Below, in pieces: positions 50,260 through 61,338 of a stretch of 64,000 nucleotides of DNA. The translations under genes were made by a program, and so were the position numbers. The stretch spans positions 124,927 through 188,926 of the forward strand of contig CAVYDG010000024.1 of the NCBI GenBank assembly GCA_963767245.1, read 5' to 3'. Within the stretch, counting starts at the first letter, position 1. Each line of letters starts with the position of its first letter. Source of the DNA: an uncultured Alphaproteobacteria bacterium (lineage in GTDB: Bacteria; Pseudomonadota; Alphaproteobacteria; Rhizobiales; Beijerinckiaceae). The notes under the pieces were generated by a model. It was not told the origin of the DNA. It ran no database searches and saw nothing but the letters and a program-made list of their open reading frames with translations.

Positions 50260-51123
50260 TCAGCCCAAGCGCTGCAACGCGGCGCGGGCTTCACTGTTGT
50301 TCGGGTTGACTTGCACGGCGCGCTGGTAGGACTCGACCGCCTTGGCGTGATTGTTGGTTTTTTCGTAGCAGAGCCCGAGGCCCGCCCAGGCTTCCGAATT
50401 GTTGGCGTTGACATTGAGGGCGGCGTTGAAATCCTCGATCGCCGCATCGTATTTGCCGGTGGCCATCAAGCTTTGGCCGCGCGCCTGGTATGGCGCGCCT
50501 GCGAACGGGTCGCGGTCGATCGCATTGTTGAAGTCGGTGATCGCCTGAACGTTGTCCCCCTGGCGCTGATAGATCAGCCCGCGCGCGTGGTAGGCCTGCG
50601 CGCCCTCGGGATTGAGCTGGATCGCCTTGTTAAGGTCGGCGAGCGCGGCGGTGAAATCGTTCTCCGACCGGAGAAGGTTGCCCCGTCCGAGATAGGCGGC
50701 TGCGTCATTGGGATTGACGACGATCGCCTGGTTGAAATCCTGCAGCGCGAGATCGTCTTTGTGGATCTGGCGATAGGCCAGCGCCCGGTTGGTGTAGGCG
50801 CCCGAAAAATTCGGGTCTAGCTCGATAGTGTGGCTGAAATCCTCGATCGCATTGGAATAGCGGCCGAGCTTGGCGTAGACGACGCCGCGGGTGTTGTAAG
50901 CGGCGGGGTCGCGCGGATTGCGCTCGATGACTTCGGTCAGGGACGCGATGTTCCCGGCATTGGAGGTCTGAGCCGCGGAATTGGCGTCGACCTCCGCCAC
51001 ATGGGTCGAGGGATTGAAGCCGCCGATCGTTTCGCTGCATCCGGCGAGCATCAGCGCGGTCGCGGCCAATCCCGCCGGCATCCAACCGCGATTGAGCGCC
51101 GATCTTCCGATCATCGCAAGCAA
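50260..51123 (-). CDS. Tetratricopeptide-repeat lipoprotein
   Basis: LMLAGC lipobox; tandem TPR-like repeats (AYNTRG, AYTNRA, AYLGRG, AYHARG). Confidence 0.88.
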   Translation of the reverse strand: MLAMIGRSALNRGWMPAGLAATALMLAGCSETIGGFNPSTHVAEVDANSAAQTSNAGNIASLTEVIERNPRDPAAYNTRGVVYAKLGRYSNAIEDFSHTIELDPNFSGAYTNRALAYRQIHKDDLALQDFNQAIVVNPNDAAAYLGRGNLLRSENDFTAALADLNKAIQLNPEGAQAYHARGLIYQRQGDNVQAITDFNNAIDRDPFAGAPYQARGQSLMATGKYDAAIEDFNAALNVNANNSEAWAGLGLCYEKTNNHAKAVESYQRAVQVNPNNSEARAALQRLG

Positions 51124-51163
51124 GCGTCTCGATCAATGACTGGCGACGCCATTTCCAAATCCC

Positions 51164-51463
51164 TCAGGCGCGCTTCCCCCGAAGCACCGCCGCCGTCATG
51201 CTCCGGCCCGAATCAGCCGGCGGACCGGGCGCCCCAGGGACGGGCTTCGGCTTCATAGGAAGCAGGCCCTCGCGCTGCAACTTCTTGCGCGCAAGCTTGC
51301 GCGCACGCCGGACCGCTTCGGCCTTCTCGCGGGCCCTCTTTTCGGACGGCTTCTCGTAGTGTCCGCGGAGCTTCATTTCGCGGAAAATTCCCTCTCGCTG
51401 CATTTTCTTCTTGAGGGCTTTGAGGGCCTGATCGACGTTGTTGTCGCGAACGAGTACCTGCAC
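51164..51463 (-). CDS. rpsU: 30S ribosomal protein S21
   Basis: [25 protein letters not shown]...YEKPSE. Confidence 0.97.
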   Translation of the reverse strand: MQVLVRDNNVDQALKALKKKMQREGIFREMKLRGHYEKPSEKRAREKAEAVRRARKLARKKLQREGLLPMKPKPVPGAPGPPADSGRSMTAAVLRGKRA

Positions 51464-51688
51464 GGGCTATCCTGTTTGCTGAGGCAGAGCCTCAAAAGAA
51501 GTGAAGATTGGCGCGAACCGCAATCACACCCGCTTCCTGGAAGCGAATGTCGCGGAATTGCGCGGCCTTTACCAGAGAGGCCATTTTTTGTCCAGTAGCA
51601 GCGCCGCCTGGCGCGACCGCGGCCAACGATCTGGTTTCCTTGCGGCGGCGATCGTGGCATAGAACAATGCAATCGGGATCTTTGAGCG

Positions 51689-51922
51689 ATGAACAGGTTT
51701 GAGCGGCGTCCGATCGACGCAGGCGAAGCGAAAATTGAATTTGTCGACGGCGAATATCGCATCCTCCGCCCGGGGGCCTTTGTGCGCTGCGCCGTCACCG
51801 GCGAGCCGATCCCCGTCGAGGATCTGCGTTATTGGAGCGTCGATCGGCAGGAGGCTTATTCCAGCCCGGCCGCCTCGATGACGCGGGAGCGCGAGCTGGG
51901 TTATGGCGCGTCGGGTGAATGA
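51689..51922 (+). CDS. DUF2093-family protein
   Basis: GAFVRCAVTGEPIPVEDLRYWSVDRQEAY. Confidence 0.85.
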   Translation: MNRFERRPIDAGEAKIEFVDGEYRILRPGAFVRCAVTGEPIPVEDLRYWSVDRQEAYSSPAASMTRERELGYGASGE

Positions 51923-51986
51923 CTGCGTAGCTCGGGAATAGGCCGACGCGCGGTCGATTGTCGATCGCCCCGCCTTTGGCCGCCGG

Positions 51987-53042
51987 TCATCGAATGGGCG
52001 GGGCGTATTGGATGCCGCCGGCGTTCCACAATTGATTGAGGCCGCGCGGTATCGCGAGCTGGGTTTTCGAGCCCAGATTGCGCTCAAAGACCTCGCCGTA
52101 GTTTCCGACATACCGAACAATGTTCGCCGCCCACTCATTGTTGAGCCCGATCACTTCGCCGAAGTCTCCGCTGGTGCCGACCAAGCGCATAACCTCGGGC
52201 TTCTGCGATTTCAGCGCCTGATTGATGGTCTTCGAACTGACCCCGAGTTCCTCGGCGTTGACCATGGCGAAATAGGTCCATTTGACCACGCTGATCCATT
52301 GCAGGTCGCTGTCACGCACCACCGGGCCCAACGGCTCCTTCGAGATCACGTCCGGGAGAATGACGTGATCTCTCGGATTGGAGAGCCGCAGCCGCAACGC
52401 ATAGAGCTGGGAAAGGTCGCTGGTCAGGACCGAGCATTGACCGGCGTCGTAGTTCTTGATCGCCTGGTCGGTCGACGAGGAGACGACCTCCTGGAGGGTC
52501 ATGCCGTTGCTGGTGAAGAAATCGGCGAGATTGTCGATCGTGGTGGTGCCGCTTTGTACGCACACCTTCGCCCCATCGAGCTCTAGCGCCGAATTGATCC
52601 GCATGGCGCGAGGGGCCATGAATCCCTGCCCGTCGTAATAGGTGACCCCGACAAAGGTCAGGCCGAAATCGGCTTCGCGCCCCATCGTCCAGGTCGAGTT
52701 GCGCGACAGAACGTCGATCTTGCCGTCCCTCAGCGACTGAAATCGGGCGTCCGCCGAAAGCGGCACGAGCTTCACCTTGTTGGGATCGCCAAAGATCGCT
52801 GCGGCGATCGCACGGCAGAAATCGACGTCGAAACCGGTCCAGATCCCCCGTTGGTCGACAAATGAGAATCCCGGCAGTCCCTCATTGACGCCGCAGATCA
52901 AAGACCCGCGCGCCTTCACCTCGGCCAAGGTTTGCGACGATGCGAACGCGGACGCACCGACGGTCATCGCCAACAGGAACGTCGAGAGAGCCCATTTGAG
53001 GGCTCTTCGACCGGGCCTCTTACCTCTGTCCGGAGGAACCAT
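51987..53042 (-). CDS. aapJ: Amino acid ABC transporter substrate-binding protein (AapJ/BztA-like)
   Basis: QTLAEVKARGSLICGV, GFDVDFCRAIAAAIFGD, RNSTWT and ISKEPLGP. Start codon uncertain. Confidence 0.85.
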   Translation of the reverse strand: MVPPDRGKRPGRRALKWALSTFLLAMTVGASAFASSQTLAEVKARGSLICGVNEGLPGFSFVDQRGIWTGFDVDFCRAIAAAIFGDPNKVKLVPLSADARFQSLRDGKIDVLSRNSTWTMGREADFGLTFVGVTYYDGQGFMAPRAMRINSALELDGAKVCVQSGTTTIDNLADFFTSNGMTLQEVVSSSTDQAIKNYDAGQCSVLTSDLSQLYALRLRLSNPRDHVILPDVISKEPLGPVVRDSDLQWISVVKWTYFAMVNAEELGVSSKTINQALKSQKPEVMRLVGTSGDFGEVIGLNNEWAANIVRYVGNYGEVFERNLGSKTQLAIPRGLNQLWNAGGIQYAPPIR

Positions 53043-53125
53043 AGGGTAATTCACCGTCGACCCCGTCTCATGACAGTAGCTCAGAGACAAGGCCGAGAAA
53101 ACTGGCCCCGGTCGGCGGCGTCGGC

Positions 53126-54316
53126 TCAAGCCGCGGCGAGCGCTTTACGGGTGGCTTCAAGGAAGGCGTGCCCGTACCACCGGCATGGCTCGAGATGCGC
53201 GCCTTCGGCCCATTCGTTCCAGGCATTGATGAATACCGGGGTCATGGGAACACGGCGGTTCGCGGCGTCGCGTCGGGACTGCCGGATCGTCTCGACCAGC
53301 CAATTGCCATAGAAGTCCGGCGAGGAGTTGACGTAAATCGCCGCCAGGTTGCCGAACCTAGGGCTGCTGTCAAAAGTGGTGAACACGCCGCGAAAGACCG
53401 GTTTGCCGTTGCCGGCGTAGCGCATGAATTGATCCCTGCAGATCGCTGGATTTTTCAGATAACCCTCGAATTTCTTATTGAAGAACGACGGGTTCTCGGC
53501 TCCCTTCACGCGGAACTCCTGAATATCTCCGGAAGGCGGAAACTGAAGCACTCCGTCCAGGCCGGCGTCGTCAACCGTGCCATAGCCCGGGACGCTCATG
53601 ATCAGGATTTCTCCCACGCCGGCGTCCCGACACGCCTGACGCCAATAGTCGAGCGCCGATCGGTCGGTCATTAAATTCTGTCTGTAGATGGAAATGACCG
53701 GCTTGCCGTCATATCGAAGATAGCGATCGTCCTTCAAATAGGGCATAATACTGTGAATGAATTCGCAATCGATTTTTGGATCGTGGCGCTGGGCGATAAT
53801 CAGTTCTTGTTCGTCGATCCATCGCTTCGACCAGGATTTATTCGCCCACATGACGCAATATTTCATCTCAATGTCTTTGTTTTTGTACAACATCTCCAAT
53901 GGTCCATCCATCACCCGCTGTTCCTGAAACCAATAATAGTAAAAGCAGAACCCGCTCACTCCGTAGTCTTTCGCCAGAGTGGCTTGAGCGCGAAGAGTCT
54001 CGACCAGGCGCAAATCGTAAAACCCGAGGTCGGCCGGCAAATGGGGCTGATAATGGCCATAAAAAAAGGGCTGCGCCTTGGTGATTTGCGTCCACTCGGT
54101 GAAACCTCGCCCCCATGCAGCTTCATTCAGAGGAACGGGTTGGTACTGGGGAAGATAAAACGCGATCAGCTCGCAGGATGAGACGTCAACCGCGTTCGAC
54201 TGGCGGTACGGCTGATAGAACTGCGAGTTCTTCGTGAGTATTGTATTTAGATATGCGTAATAATCGTGTTGCCCGACGAGCGTTTCGTCAATCAAGAAGC
54301 TTATTGTTTCGCTCAT
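53126..54316 (-). CDS. WbsX / GH99-like polysaccharide-related protein
   Basis: IAFYLPQY...WGRGFTEW...PADLGFYDLR, FCFYYYWF and INAWNEWAEGAHLEP. Confidence 0.88.
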   Translation of the reverse strand: MSETISFLIDETLVGQHDYYAYLNTILTKNSQFYQPYRQSNAVDVSSCELIAFYLPQYQPVPLNEAAWGRGFTEWTQITKAQPFFYGHYQPHLPADLGFYDLRLVETLRAQATLAKDYGVSGFCFYYYWFQEQRVMDGPLEMLYKNKDIEMKYCVMWANKSWSKRWIDEQELIIAQRHDPKIDCEFIHSIMPYLKDDRYLRYDGKPVISIYRQNLMTDRSALDYWRQACRDAGVGEILIMSVPGYGTVDDAGLDGVLQFPPSGDIQEFRVKGAENPSFFNKKFEGYLKNPAICRDQFMRYAGNGKPVFRGVFTTFDSSPRFGNLAAIYVNSSPDFYGNWLVETIRQSRRDAANRRVPMTPVFINAWNEWAEGAHLEPCRWYGHAFLEATRKALAAA

Positions 54317-54541
54317 CGCCCTATATTCCGTCGAAGCCTACGATATCGGCACAATCCGTGTATCCACGTGAAATCAACTGTGTCAACGATTTGAGGAACG
54401 CTGAATGGAGGCGAGCGGCGGCCTTGTCCCCCTGTCCTCATGCCGCTCACTGGCGAGCCGTCGCAATCGGATTGCGCCGAGTTCCGCCGCCATGTACCAA
54501 CCGGCCCCGAACTCGGGGTTCGTCGATCAGGGAGCGGGGCG

Positions 54542-54985
54542 ATGATCGAGTGGTTCGACGATCTTGTTCTAGGCATGCGCTTCAAGAGCCCCGAGAAGCG
54601 CGTGACCCGCGAGGAGATCAAGCGGTTCGCATCCGAATTCGATCCCCAGCCCTACCATCTCGACGAGGAAGCCGCTAAGCGCTCGGTGTTCGAAGGCCTT
54701 GCCGCCTCGGGCTGGCACACTGCGGCGATGGCGATGCGGCTTGCGGTCGAAACGCGCCCGTTCGGGCCGCACCCCTTGCTCGGGCTCGGCGTCGACGAGC
54801 TCAGATGGCTCGCCCCGGTGCGCCCGGACGACGTGATCCATCTCGTAGGCGAGGTGGTCGAACTGACGCCGTCGCGATCGAAGCCGCAAGGGATCGCCCG
54901 GATAAAATGGACGGCGTTCAATCAACGCGGCGAGCCGGTCTATACCTTCAATCCGATCGCGATCGTTCCGCGCCGCCTCGCCTGA
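54542..54985 (+). CDS. MaoC-family dehydratase
   Basis: FDPQPYHLDE, GLAASGWHT and LRWLAPVRPDD. Confidence 0.9.
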   Translation: MIEWFDDLVLGMRFKSPEKRVTREEIKRFASEFDPQPYHLDEEAAKRSVFEGLAASGWHTAAMAMRLAVETRPFGPHPLLGLGVDELRWLAPVRPDDVIHLVGEVVELTPSRSKPQGIARIKWTAFNQRGEPVYTFNPIAIVPRRLA

Positions 54986-55112
54986 TCGCGCGCCCGCGTT
55001 GCGATTCCGCTTGCAATTGGCGCCGAGATAGTTCATATATGAACCTTCTTGCGGCGCTCACGCCGCTTCGGCCGCTTTGGGCGGCCTTTTCGCTTGTCCC
55101 TCGGAGCGTACG

Positions 55113-56903
55113 ATGCCGACATACAAGGCGCCGGTAAGCGACACCGTTTTTCTATTGAACGACGTGTTCAATTACGCCAACTACGCCAACGCCCCCGGCT
55201 TCTCGGAGGCGCCGATCGACATCGTCGAGGCGGTGCTGAGCGAGGGCGCGAAATTTGTCGAGGAGATCGTCCAGCCCCTCAATCGCCCGGGCGACATCGA
55301 AGGCTGCAAATGCCACGACGACGGCAGCGTGACCACGCCCAGGGGCTTCAGGCAAGCCTATAAGGCGCTGGTCGACGGCGGCTGGGTGGGGCTGGCTGGC
55401 GATCCGGCCTTCGGCGGCCAGGGCCTGCCGATGTTCCTGGCGGTCCTGTTCAGCGAATACGCCTATGGCGCCAACATCGCCTTCTCAATGTACCCCGGCC
55501 TCACCAATGGCGCGGCCGCGGCGCTGACGGCCCATGGCAGCGAAGATCTCAAGTCCCGGTACTTGCCGAAGATGACAACCGGGGAGTGGACCGGCACGAT
55601 GTGCCTGACCGAGCCCCATTGCGGCACCGATCTCGGCCTCATCAAGACCCGGGCGGTCCCTCAGGCCGGCGGCTCCTACGCCATCACCGGCCAGAAAATC
55701 TTCATCTCCGCCGGCGAGCACGACCTCGCCGACAACATCGTCCACTTGGTGCTGGCTCGAATCGAGGGCGCTCCTGCGGGCGTGAAAGGGATCTCGCTCT
55801 TCCTCGTGCCGAAATTCCTGCCAGGTCCCGACGGCGGCGTCGGCGAGCGCAACGGCGTCATGTGCGGCTCGATCGAGCACAAAATGGGCATTCACGCCAA
55901 CACGACGGCCGTGCTGAATTTCGACGGCGCCACCGGCTGGCTGGTCGGCGAAGAGCATCGCGGCCTTCCGGCGATGTTCGTGATGATGAACGGCGCCCGG
56001 CTCGGGGTCGCCGTCCAGGGCCTCGGCGTTTCGGAGGTCGCCTATCAGAACGCGGCGGCCTACGCCAAGGAACGCCGGCAAGGCCGTTCGCTCAAAGGCC
56101 CGGTCGAGCCGGACAAGCCGGCTGATTTGCTGCTGGTCCATCCCGACGTCCGCCGCATGCTGCTCGAAGTGCGCGCCTTCAATGAAGGAGCGCGAGCGCT
56201 CCTGGTCTGGATCGCCCTCACTCAGGACGAGGCCCGCCACGCCCCGGACGACAAGGCGAGGCAGGCTGCCGACGACCGGCTCGGCCTGATGACGCCGGTG
56301 CTCAAGGGCGTGTTCACCGACTATGGCTTCGCCAACGCGGTCAAGGCGCAGCAGGTGCTCGGCGGACACGGCTATATCGCCGAATGGGGCATGGAGCAGT
56401 TCGTGCGCGACGCCCGCATCGCCATGATCTACGAAGGCGCGAACGGTGTGCAGGCGCTCGACCTTGTCGCGCGCAAACTGCCCAAGGACGGCGGACGGGC
56501 GCTCATGGCGTTCCTCGGCGAGGTGTCGCAGTTCCTCGCGGCGGAAAAGAGCGACGCCGCGCTCGCTCCCTATCTCGGTGGCCTGCAGGCCGCGCTCGGC
56601 CATCTGCAGCAGGCAAGCCTGTGGCTGTCGCGCAATGGCGTCACAGATCCCAACAACGCCGGCGCGGGGTCGACCGACTACATGCATCTGTTCGGTCTGA
56701 CCGCGCTCGGCTACATGTGGGCGCGCGTGGTCAAGGCAGTTTTGGCGCGCCAATCCCGAGGCGAGAGCAATCCGGCTCTTGACGCCAAATTGATCCTCGC
56801 CAAGTTCTTCAGCGAGCGTATGCTGCCGGAGACGGCGGCGCATCTGGCGCGGCTCAGCGCCGGCGCTTCGACACTGATGGCGCTGCCGGCAGAGGCATTC
56901 TGA
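55113..56903 (+). CDS. Acyl-CoA dehydrogenase (long form with C-terminal domain)
   Basis: GTMCLTEPHCGTDLG, KIFISAGEHD, EHKMGI, GGHGY and IYEGANGVQA. Confidence 0.93.
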   Translation: MPTYKAPVSDTVFLLNDVFNYANYANAPGFSEAPIDIVEAVLSEGAKFVEEIVQPLNRPGDIEGCKCHDDGSVTTPRGFRQAYKALVDGGWVGLAGDPAFGGQGLPMFLAVLFSEYAYGANIAFSMYPGLTNGAAAALTAHGSEDLKSRYLPKMTTGEWTGTMCLTEPHCGTDLGLIKTRAVPQAGGSYAITGQKIFISAGEHDLADNIVHLVLARIEGAPAGVKGISLFLVPKFLPGPDGGVGERNGVMCGSIEHKMGIHANTTAVLNFDGATGWLVGEEHRGLPAMFVMMNGARLGVAVQGLGVSEVAYQNAAAYAKERRQGRSLKGPVEPDKPADLLLVHPDVRRMLLEVRAFNEGARALLVWIALTQDEARHAPDDKARQAADDRLGLMTPVLKGVFTDYGFANAVKAQQVLGGHGYIAEWGMEQFVRDARIAMIYEGANGVQALDLVARKLPKDGGRALMAFLGEVSQFLAAEKSDAALAPYLGGLQAALGHLQQASLWLSRNGVTDPNNAGAGSTDYMHLFGLTALGYMWARVVKAVLARQSRGESNPALDAKLILAKFFSERMLPETAAHLARLSAGASTLMALPAEAF

Positions 56904-56930
56904 GATCGGTTGCGAGGGAGGTTACGGGCG

Positions 56931-57398
56931 ATGGCGATCGACGCAGCGACCGGCTTTGCGGGAGGGTGCCAGTGTGGCGCGGTTCGCTACCGGCTCGAAG
57001 CCGAGCCGACGGGCGTCAACGTCTGTCATTGCCGAATGTGCCAGAAGGCGAGCGGGGGACCGTTCATGACTTTCGGCGGCGTGCGGATGTCGGAATTCGT
57101 TGTCACCCATGGCGCAATCTCGACCTTTCCCAGTTCGGACATCGCCGAGCGTGGCTTCTGCGCCCGATGCGGGACCCCTCTGACCTACCGGGGCCTCGGC
57201 GCCGACCGGATCAGCGTGACACTGGGCAGTCTCGACGATCCGAACGAAGTCGAGCCGACAGGGCAGCTCGGCGTCGAGTCGAGGGTGCGTTGGCTCACGC
57301 GCTCGCTGGCGGCTCCGGAGACGGTGACAGAGCAGTGGCTGGCCCGGAAGAAGATCGCCGCCGTGCAAAATCACCAACACCCGGATCGCGAAGCTTGA
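56931..57398 (+). CDS. GFA-family (CENP-V-like) Zn-binding protein
   Basis: GGCQCGAVRY, CHCRMCQKASG and FCARCGTPL. Confidence 0.9.
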   Translation: MAIDAATGFAGGCQCGAVRYRLEAEPTGVNVCHCRMCQKASGGPFMTFGGVRMSEFVVTHGAISTFPSSDIAERGFCARCGTPLTYRGLGADRISVTLGSLDDPNEVEPTGQLGVESRVRWLTRSLAAPETVTEQWLARKKIAAVQNHQHPDREA

Positions 57399-57434
57399 AC
57401 GCCGCGTGCGGCTTGCGCGGCAAGGAGAACCCTG

Positions 57435-58644
57435 ATGAGTGACGCCTTCATTTATGATCACGTGCGAACGCCGCGCGGTCGAGGCAAGCCGGACGGCTCC
57501 CTGCACACCGCCTCGACGCTTCACCTCGCGGCGACGGCGCTGAAGGCGATCAAGGATCGCAACCATCTGGACCCGCTCGAGGTCGACGACGTGGTCCTCG
57601 GCTGCGTCGATCCGGTCGGCGAAGCGGGCGGCGACGTCGCACGGATGGGCGCGCTCGCCGCGGGCTTCGGCCAGACTGTGCCGGGCGTCCAGATTAACCG
57701 CTTCTGTGCGTCAGGCCTCAATTCGGTCAATTTCGCCGCCTCGCAGGTGATGAGCGGCCAGCACGACTTGACGATCGGCGGCGGCGTCGAGTTCGATGAG
57801 CCGCGTCGGCATCGGCGCTTCCGGCGGCGCGTGGCCCGTCGATCCTTCGCTCGCGATTCCCGCCTATTTCATGCCACAGGGCGTATCGGCGGACCTGATG
57901 GCGACAAAGTATGGCTTCTCGCGCGACGACGTCGACGCCTACGCGGTCGAATCGCAGAAGCGGGCGGCGGCGGCGTGGAAGGACGGCCGATTCAAGAACT
58001 CGATCGCGCCCGTCCTCGACGTCAACGGCCTGCCGATGCTCGACCATGACGAGCACATGCGGCCAAACACCGACATGCAGTCGCTGGCCTCGCTCAAGCC
58101 GTCATTCGTCATCCCCGGCGAGCAGGGCGGCTTCGACGCGGTCGCCATTCAGGCCCATCCCGAGGTCGAGCGCATCATCCATGTCCATCATGCCGGCAAT
58201 TCGTCGGGCATCGTCGATGGCGCCGCGGCGGTGCTTCTGGGTTCGCGCGAGGCCGGGGCGAAAGCCGGCCTCAAGCCCCGGGGACGCGTCCGCGCCTTCG
58301 CTAACATCGGTTCTGAGCCGGCGATCATGCTGACCGGTCCGGTCGATGTGACGAAGAAGGTGCTGGCCCGCTCCGGCATGAAAATGAGCGACATCGATCT
58401 CTTCGAGGTCAACGAAGCGTTCGCGGCGGTCGTGCTGCGTTTCCTCCAGGCATTCGACATCGACCCGGGCAAGGTCAACGTCAATGGCGGCGCGATCGCG
58501 ATGGGTCATCCGCTCGGCGCTACGGGAGCGATGATCCTCGGCACCGCGCTCGACGAGCTCGAGCGCACCGGCAAGAGCACGGCGCTCATTACCTTATGCA
58601 TCGGCGGCGGCATGGGCACCGCCACGATCATCGAGCGCGTTTGA
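57435..58644 (+). pseudogene. Acetyl-CoA C-acyltransferase (thiolase), one-base insertion at ~57792 (probable sequencing error)
   Basis: NRFCASG in the first frame; GVE-SMSRV junction restored by deleting one T; [13 protein letters not shown] and CIGGG in the second frame. Confidence 0.9.
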
Positions 58645-58666
58645 TTGCGAGACGGAGATTCTGACC

Positions 58667-60874
58667 ATGAGCCTCGCCAATTTTCGTCTTGAAACCGACG
58701 CCGACGGCGTCGCCCTCGTGACTTGGGACATGCCGGGCCGGTCGATGAATGTGATCAACAACGACGTTGTCGGCGAACTCGGCCAGATCGTCGACAGGAT
58801 CGCAAGCGACAAAGCGATCAAAGGCGCCGTATTCACGTCCGGCAAGGATGGCTTCGCGGCAGGCGCGGACCTGACGATGCTCGAGACCTCTGGCCATGAA
58901 TACGCGCGCCGCGCCAAGGCCGACGGCAAGGAGGTTGCGATGCGCTCCTTCGTCGACGGGACTAAGCAGCTGTCGCTGATTTACCGGCGCCTCGAAACCT
59001 GCGGCAAACCGATAGCCGCCGCCATTAACGGCGTGTGCATGGGCGGCGGCTTCGAACTGGCCTTGGCCTGCCACTATCGGATCGTCGCCGACTCGACAAA
59101 GCGCGCGTCGGACTGCCGGAGATCAAGGTCGGGCTCTTTCCCGGCGGCGGAGGCACACAGCGCGTGGCGCGGCTGATGCCGACGCCTGATGCGCTGCAGA
59201 TGCTGCTCAAGGGCGACCAGATCCGCCCCGCGGCGGCCAAGAAGATGGGTCTCGTGCATGAGGTCGCGCCTGCCGATCAGATCGTCGCGCTCGCCAAGGC
59301 CTGGGTGAAAGCCAACCCGAACGCCAAGGCGCCGTGGGACGATCCGAAGTTCAAGCTGCCGTCGGGCAAGGTCTTCTCGGCGCCGGGCATGATGATCTGG
59401 CCGCCGGCCAACGCCATCTACCGGCGTGAAACTTATGACAATTATCCGGCGGCGAAAGCGATCCTTACCTCTGTGTTCGAAGGCCTGCAGTTGCCGATGG
59501 ATCTGGCGCTGGCGGTCGAGAGCAAGCATTTCGCCAACATCCTCCTCAGCAAGGAAGCCGCGGCGATGATCCGCTCGCTGTTCCTTTCGATGGGCGAGCT
59601 CAACAAGGGCGCGCGCCGTCCGGCCGACGTTCCGCCGACCAAATTGCGCAAGGTCGGCGTGCTCGGCGCTGGGCTCATGGGCGCTGGCATCGCGTTATGT
59701 CTCCGCCAGCGCCGGACTGGAGGTGGTGCTCATCGACCGCGACCAGGAATCGGCCGACAAGGGCAAAGCCTATTCGGACAGGATCGTCAGTTCGCAAATC
59801 GCCAAAGGGCGCGCCAAAACCGCCGACAAGGACGCATTGCTCGCCCGGATCGAGGCGACCGCCGACTACGCGGCGCTCAAAGGTTGCGATCTCATCATCG
59901 AGGCGGTTTTCGAGGATCGCGCGGTCAAGGCCGAGGCGACCAGGAAGGCGCAGGCGGTCGTTGGACCGGACACCGTGTTCGCCAGCAACACCTCGACCCT
60001 GCCGATCTCCTCGCTCGCCGCAACGTCGATGAACCCGGAGCATTTCATCGGCGTGCATTTCTTCTCGCCGGTCGAAAAGATGATGCTGACCGAGATCATC
60101 ATGGGAGAAAAGACCGGCGCCAAGGCGCTGGCGACCGCGATGGACTATGTGCGCGCGATCAAGAAGACGCCGATCGTCGTCAACGACTGCCGCGGCTTCT
60201 ATGTCAACCGCTGCGTCGGCAATTACATGGTCGAAGCCCACGCGATGGTCATGGAAGGCGTGCCGGCGCCGATGATCGAGAACGCCGCCAAGATGGCCGG
60301 CATGCCGGTAGGGCCGCTGGCGCTCAACGATGAAGTCGGCATCGACCTGTCGTGGAAGATTCTTCAAGCGGCGAAGAACGACCTCGGCGCCAACGCTGTT
60401 GATCCGGCGCAGGAGAAGCTGATCGAAGCGATGGTGGTCAAGCAGGGCCGCCTCGGCCGCAAGAACGGCAAGGGCTTCTACGACTACCCGGCGAATGGAC
60501 CGAAGAGCCTGTGGCCTGGAGTGGCCTCGATCGTCGGCAAGCAACTCGACCCCGACACGATCAGCGTCAAGGACCTCAAGGACCGATATCTGTTCACGGT
60601 GGCCATCGAGGCGGCGCGCTGCCTGTTCGAAGGCATCGTCACCGATCCGCGCGAGGCCGACGTCGGTTCGATCCTCGGCTTCGGCTACGCGCCCTACACT
60701 GGGGGCGCGATTTCATTCATCGACGGCATGGGGCTTAAGGCCTTCGTCGCCCGCGCCAAAACGCTGGCGGCGAAATACGGGCCCCGATTCGAGCCGGGCG
60801 ACAAGCTGAGCGCAATGGCCGAACGCGGCGAGACGTTCTACGGAATCTATGGCGCGAGGCAGAAAGCGGCTTGA
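58667..60874 (+). pseudogene. Multifunctional enoyl-CoA hydratase / 3-hydroxyacyl-CoA dehydrogenase (FadJ/FadB-like), frameshifts at ~59093 and ~59695 (probable sequencing errors)
   Basis: GGGFELALAC / VGLPE..GLFPGGGG, GAGLMGAGIA / VSASAG, ASNTSTLPI and GVHFFSPV, across three frames. Confidence 0.9.
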
Positions 60875-60955
60875 GGCGGGGCGAGGCAAGGCGACTATCG
60901 CCCCTGGGCCCCCGGGGCGCAGCACTCGATCCTGCCTGCTGCTAACAGATTGATT

Positions 60956-60970
60956 TGGCACGACTTTTGC
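60956..60970 (+). promoter_or_regulatory. Sigma-54 (-24/-12) promoter for usg
   Basis: TGGCACGACTTTTGC matches TGGCACG-N4-TTGC with GG and GC separated by exactly 10 nt; 65 nt upstream of the usg ATG. Confidence 0.75.
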
Positions 60971-61035
60971 GGAACGAACGATTGCCAGGAAGCGTTGGGA
61001 ATGACACCATCGCTCCCGGAATCAGGAGAATCCGC

Positions 61036-61305
61036 ATGGCTCGCGCCGAATTCCGCCGCCAACTCGAGGGCTACGGCCTCACGACCGCCAACATCCTCTA
61101 TCACATGCCGGATCATCCGGGGATCCTGCAAAATTACATCTGGCAGCAACACGACCTGCATCCCCATTTTCCCGAGCTGAGAAAGTTCCTTGATTTCTGG
61201 TCGCGCGAGCTCGAGGGTTTTCTCCACTCCGTCACCGTCGCTCACGCCCGCCTCATTAGGCCGGCGGAATTCAGGGCGATCGGCGCGGAATTCAGGCTGC
61301 ACTGA
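61036..61305 (+). CDS. usg: Usg-family protein
   Basis: FRRQLEGYGLTTANILYHMPDHP...DLHPHFPEL..FLDFW..ELEG.LHSVTVAH; AGGAG RBS. Confidence 0.9.
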   Translation: MARAEFRRQLEGYGLTTANILYHMPDHPGILQNYIWQQHDLHPHFPELRKFLDFWSRELEGFLHSVTVAHARLIRPAEFRAIGAEFRLH

Positions 61306-61338
61306 AGGCCGCGATTTTAGGCAACCCTATCGGCAGCG

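Noticed and set aside
51164-51260. Extended Pro/Gly-rich C-terminal tail of S21
   Set aside because: Variable low-complexity tails are ordinary in Hyphomicrobiales RpsU; a minor indel cannot be excluded but is not informative.
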